Part shown: positions 35,776-40,315 of the stretch, piece after piece
How the letters are laid out: the number at the start of each line of letters is the position of its first letter
Position numbering within the stretch: position 1 is the stretch's first letter
Assembly (NCBI RefSeq): GCF_001194135.2
Contig: NC_069001.1
Coordinates: 16,126,188-16,166,502 of the forward strand
From: Octopus bimaculoides
Lineage: Eukaryota
DNA length: 40,315 bases
Direction: 5' to 3'
Notes under the pieces: generated by a model
The model's input: the letters and a program-made list of their open reading frames with translations, nothing else
Database searches by the model: none
Told to the model about the DNA's origin: nothing
Translations under genes and position numbers: made by a program

Positions 35776-36896
35776 TACATACATACATACGTTGTAGCTA
35801 GAGTACCAAGCTCTACAGAATGATGTCAAATTGACCGGCTGATGCTAATATCTTGTCTACCTTACCATGTGCAGTATCCAATGTAAACAACTGGTGTTGC
35901 TGAATATAATCCTGCAGAGGACTGGCAAAGAGAAGCCAGCATCATGTCTGCACTACGTGGACCTAACAATAAAGTAATTGATGTTACTTGATAGCATAAA
36001 CAACCATGTGACCTGAACTGACAAATGAAGGCCTACATAGCTAGATGCCATTTTAAATTGCTTTTCAATTCTCCACACTCCTCCACAAACATCTGATGAG
36101 GTGAATGTATTCTATGTTTATGAAAGTTTATGTAATGAGAAGCTGAATCAAAATGTTATTAAATAAATACACATACACACACACACACACACGCACATAT
36201 ACACATATACACACATATATTTGTAAACACACATTTTATATATGCATTATAAATGTATATACACTCATCATACACTCTTTTGTAGGTTTATCAGGCATTT
36301 TCAAAAAAAAAAAGAAGAAACAAATACAACACAGTCCACTGCACAATAAGCAACAAACCAGATAGAAAAACATTAATAGACAACACGTTCATACTACATA
36401 AAATTCCACACAAAAATAGGAAATTAATTATAGAACTAGAATTCATATCACTATGCTAAATAACACATAAATACACACATATACACTATATACACAATAT
36501 ACACACTGGATAAATATGCAGCTGGTGACATGCAACAATGTCAGTCAAATTCTCATGGTAAAGTCCATAGGAACTAAAGCCATTCGCTATAAAAGAGGCA
36601 ACAAGGAAGTAAACGACGGTTCCTGTCCTGGTGATGGGGCAAAGACACTCATCATGAGGAAACATTGATGGCAATGTACTTGAGAACTTCAGTGTTCCTA
36701 ACTACAAGACTCTATATGGAAAAATGAAAACACATTCACAAAATAGTTTAAACTGGGTATTTAAAATATAACACAGATGCATTTTGTGTGAGTTAGTGTA
36801 TGTATGAAATATTTTTCTGAGTATGTGGTATATATATGTGCATGTGTGTGTTTGTGTGTGTGTGTATACACAAACAATATGTATATATATATATCG

Positions 36897-36898
36897 AG

Positions 36899-36938
<40 letters not shown>
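36897..36938 (+). repeat. (GATA)n microsatellite
   Basis: Read directly; a compound GATA/GACA array also lies at ~30987-31060. Confidence 0.9.
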
Positions 36939-37102
36939 GAATACATGTACATACATACAGATATATAAACATACATATATCTATATACACACACACACGT
37001 GCATAGAAATACAAAGATATATAGGTACACATACATTTGAATGTATTTCATTATCTATCATTATATAATATGTGTGGATATATATATATATATATATATA
37101 TA

Positions 37103-37387
37103 TTGCCAGGGCCGCTGACTGGGCAACGTAAAAAGCACCATTTAAGTGTGATCATTACCAGTGTCGCCTTTTGAGCGAGGGCGTTGCCAGTGCCGCTGGA
37201 CTGGCTCCTGTGCAGGTTACACGTAAAAGCACCCACTACACTCTCGGAGTGGTTGGCATTAGGAAGGGCATCCAGCTGTAGAAACTCTGCTAGATCAGAT
37301 TGGAGCCTGGTGCAGCCATCTGGCTCACCAGTCTTCAGTCAAACCATCCAACCCATGCCAGCATGGAAAGCGGAGATTAAACGATGA

Positions 37388-37391
<4 letters not shown>
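37103..37391 (+). mobile_element. SINE-like retroelement family S3 ((GAT)n tail)
   Basis: GCCAGT-N8-ACTGGC modules, TTAGGAAGGGCATCCAGCTGTAGAAAC, CCAACCCATGCCAGCATGGAAAGCGG...AAACGATGATGA. (TA)n lies on both sides. Confidence 0.85.
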
Positions 37392-37430
<39 letters not shown>

Positions 37431-37868
37431 AGGATGAAAGAGACATACAGATATGCAGAATGAAAAGAAATACAAAGTTGTCACACAAGTTTTCCTTTAT
37501 CAATTCTGATAGACGATGATACTAACTCTTCCATTTTACTGTTGTTAACTGTTGTAGTGTTGTTGCTGTTGTTATAGTTTCTTTTCACAGGTGGGCAGCT
37601 GGTGGTAGGGGGTGGGTGGCGAAATGCATAAAACATCGGAAGAAAAGAAAAATAAAGAAAACCCTCTATGATAGTATGAGAGAAATATGCAGACAGGTTG
37701 TACACATGGTATGCGTGGTTGTGGGCGGTGGGTTTGTCCTTGCGAGAGATAGTGTTGCTAAAGAACAGAGAAGAAGAAGAAGAAGGCAGCAGTGATATGC
37801 CACCATGCCATGAGGGAAGAAATGGAAATACAGAGAGGAGGAAATATCTATGAATTGTAAAGATTAAT

Positions 37869-37907
<39 letters not shown>

Positions 37908-37966
37908 CACATACATACTTATGTGAAAATACAAGCATGTTAAAAAACACATACACACACACACAC

Positions 37967-38012
<46 letters not shown>

Positions 38013-38285
38013 CATGTGCATGTATGTATATATATATATACATACATTCTAATGATGATTTTTGTAACTATACATGTGTGTGTGTGTGTGTGTGTATGTA
38101 TGTGTGTGTATGAGTGAATTTTTCCCTTTCTCCTTTCTGGCAAAGAGCTATGCTTGAAACATTAAAAACACTCCCTTTCACCAAGAGTCAAGCTAATATA
38201 ATTCTTGTTCATGTCTTCATCTTATTCTTTTTTCTTTTGTCATTTTTTTTTAATTGTTTGTTCATTGAATTGACTGTACATATAC

Positions 38286-38333
<48 letters not shown>

Positions 38334-38426
38334 ATATGTATATAGTGTAGACAATAAATGTTATTGATAAACATACAGAAAAGAAAAACTATAAAAATTA
38401 ATGATGCATATAATATGGTTCCTTTC

Positions 38427-38662
38427 GAGGGTGGTGAGCTGGCAGAATCATCAGCATGCTGGGCAAAATGCTTAGTGATATTTCGTCTGCTGTTACATTC
38501 TGAGTTCAAATTCTGCCGACGTTGACTTTGCCTTTCATTCTTTCAGGGTTGATTAAATAAGTACCAGTTATGCACTGAGGTCGATGTAATCAACTTAATC
38601 CCTTTGTCTGTCCTTGTGTGTTCCCTCTATGTTTAGCCCCCTGTGGGCAATAAAGGAATAAA
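38427..38662 (+). mobile_element. SINE family S2 with 15-bp TSD
   Basis: Homologous to 35483-35713. TSD AATATGGTTCCTTTC at 38412-38426 and 38663-38677. Confidence 0.92.
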
Positions 38663-38964
38663 AATATGGTTCCTTTCTTCAAATTACATAATTATTAAAA
38701 GCAAAATATATAAGTAAAAAACTTATATAAGGTTTCTCAGGGAAACCATTATTGCTGAGGACCTAGGAGCTTAATGGTTTCTCCAATATTAAACAAAAAA
38801 GAAAAAAGAACAGGCTAGAACTTTTAACTTCTTGAGGTGATGGGGAGCCCCCTAAACTTATCCCTAACCCTCATCCTGCTAGCACTTTCCAGTACACTTT
38901 ATACACACACACACACACATTTAAGAAGGCATTTCTGAACATATATACATGTATGTAAGTGTAA

Positions 38965-39363
38965 ATATCTTTTATCCATTACTTGTTTCAGTCATTAGAC
39001 TGCGGCCATGCTGGAGCACTGCCTTGAATTTTTTTTTTAGTCCAATGGATTGATGCCAGTACTTATTTTTTTTAAAGCCTGGTACTTATTCTATCGTTCT
39101 GTTTTGCCGAACCACTTAGTTACAGGGATGCAAACATACTGGCACCAGTTGTCAAGTGATGAGGGGGGAACAAACAGACTCAAACACACACACACACACA
39201 CATAGATATATATATATACATATATATATACACAATGAGCTTCTTTCAGTTTCTGTCAACAAAATCCACTCAGAAGAGTTTGGTCTGCTTCAAGCTATAT
39301 TAGAAGACATTTGCCAAAGGCGCCATGCAGTGGGATTGAACCCAGAATCAGTGGTTGGGAAAT
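38965..39363 (-). mobile_element. SINE family S1
   Basis: Reverse-complement homology to 14925-15350 along its length. Confidence 0.85.
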
Positions 39364-39747
39364 CTATTTTTATTGTTTCTTTTTACTGGATTTAGATAAT
39401 TTAATAATTACGTATATAATGTGTATGTATAAGACACATTATAATCCAAAACCACACTAAAATATGAATCTAAAACCAAAGAAGACACAAACACGATTGA
39501 AGAAAGAAAGAAAAAAGAAAAACAAGAGGGAAAAGAGGAAGAAAGAAAGAAAGAAGAAACATCATTTCAACACTAAGTGCTTCAACTGGTCACGTACCAC
39601 GAGGTTCAATGGAACCTGCTGAAGCATGCCAACATGCTTGCAGCATTACTATGGGCGATGACGAGGCTAAGGCATTGGAACAGTCAAGCACCCTCACAGG
39701 CATCACCTGGCTTCTCGGTAAGGCGAGACGCCAGTAATGTGTGTGTG

Positions 39748-39840
39748 TGTGGCCTGCTGGTTAGCGGGTTGCACTCACAATCCTAAGATCTTAAGTTTGA
39801 TTTTTGGACCAGGGAATGCATTGTGCTGTTGGCCATGGAA
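39748..39840 (+). mobile_element. decayed tRNA-like SINE head
   Basis: TGGCCTGCTGGTTAG (A-box-like) ... AGTTTGATTTTTGGACCAGGG (decayed B box). Confidence 0.4.
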
Positions 39841-40315
39841 TCAGCTAAGTGCTGGTGCAGCCTACTCTTCCTCTACCAGTCAAATCATGGATGTTTTGCT
39901 GAGTGAAGGAGTTGTAGAACTGACAAAGTGCTTATGTTTGCTTGCAATTACAGAGGCACCTTGATGGAGTTCTGCTTTAAACACCCCATATAAACTCTTG
40001 TACCTTCTATTTTGTGAAATATTTCAGAAAACTTTTGCAAATTTGTGTTCAGCACAAAATTCATACAATTATGGAAAAAAAACAAAGAAAAAAATTTCTT
40101 TGTATGATTTAAGACTTATTTAACTGTTATTTTTAGCACATCTCATGACCACCTAATATCTTCTTAATTTCTTTGCCACTCTGATGTACTGTTTTTCAAT
40201 ACCTTGCTCCCTATAAACACATTTAAGGGTCTGTTGCTGGGATTTAAGCAAAAAATTCAGATGATGGGGGGGACAAACTTAGACTCTAACACACACACAC
40301 ACACACACACACACA

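Overview
AT-rich, repeat-dense eukaryotic DNA from a gapped assembly. Nine N-runs total about 4.3 kb, and most abut (TA)n/(CA)n microsatellites or hairpins. The SINE families resemble those I recall from Octopus, so a coleoid cephalopod origin is inferred but not database-checked. I can support no intact protein-coding gene: the supplied ORFs are N-run or microsatellite read-through, or TE fragments. Recognisable content includes a decayed Tc1 (DD34E-type) transposase, two other Tc1/mariner remnants, an RTE LINE 3' remnant, at least four SINE-like families, and hAT-, piggyBac- and Tc1-type MITEs. There are also five unrelated foldback (long inverted-repeat) elements and a possible minus-strand first exon near 28.6-29.1 kb. 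Two signals stand out. (1) A foldback family carries a type I hammerhead-ribozyme motif in three copies (6.6, 31.3 and 31.5 kb), and their consensus is canonical with a palindromic loop III. (2) A 248-bp element has 42-bp inverted repeats enclosing a tRNA-like Pol III unit with its own terminator.
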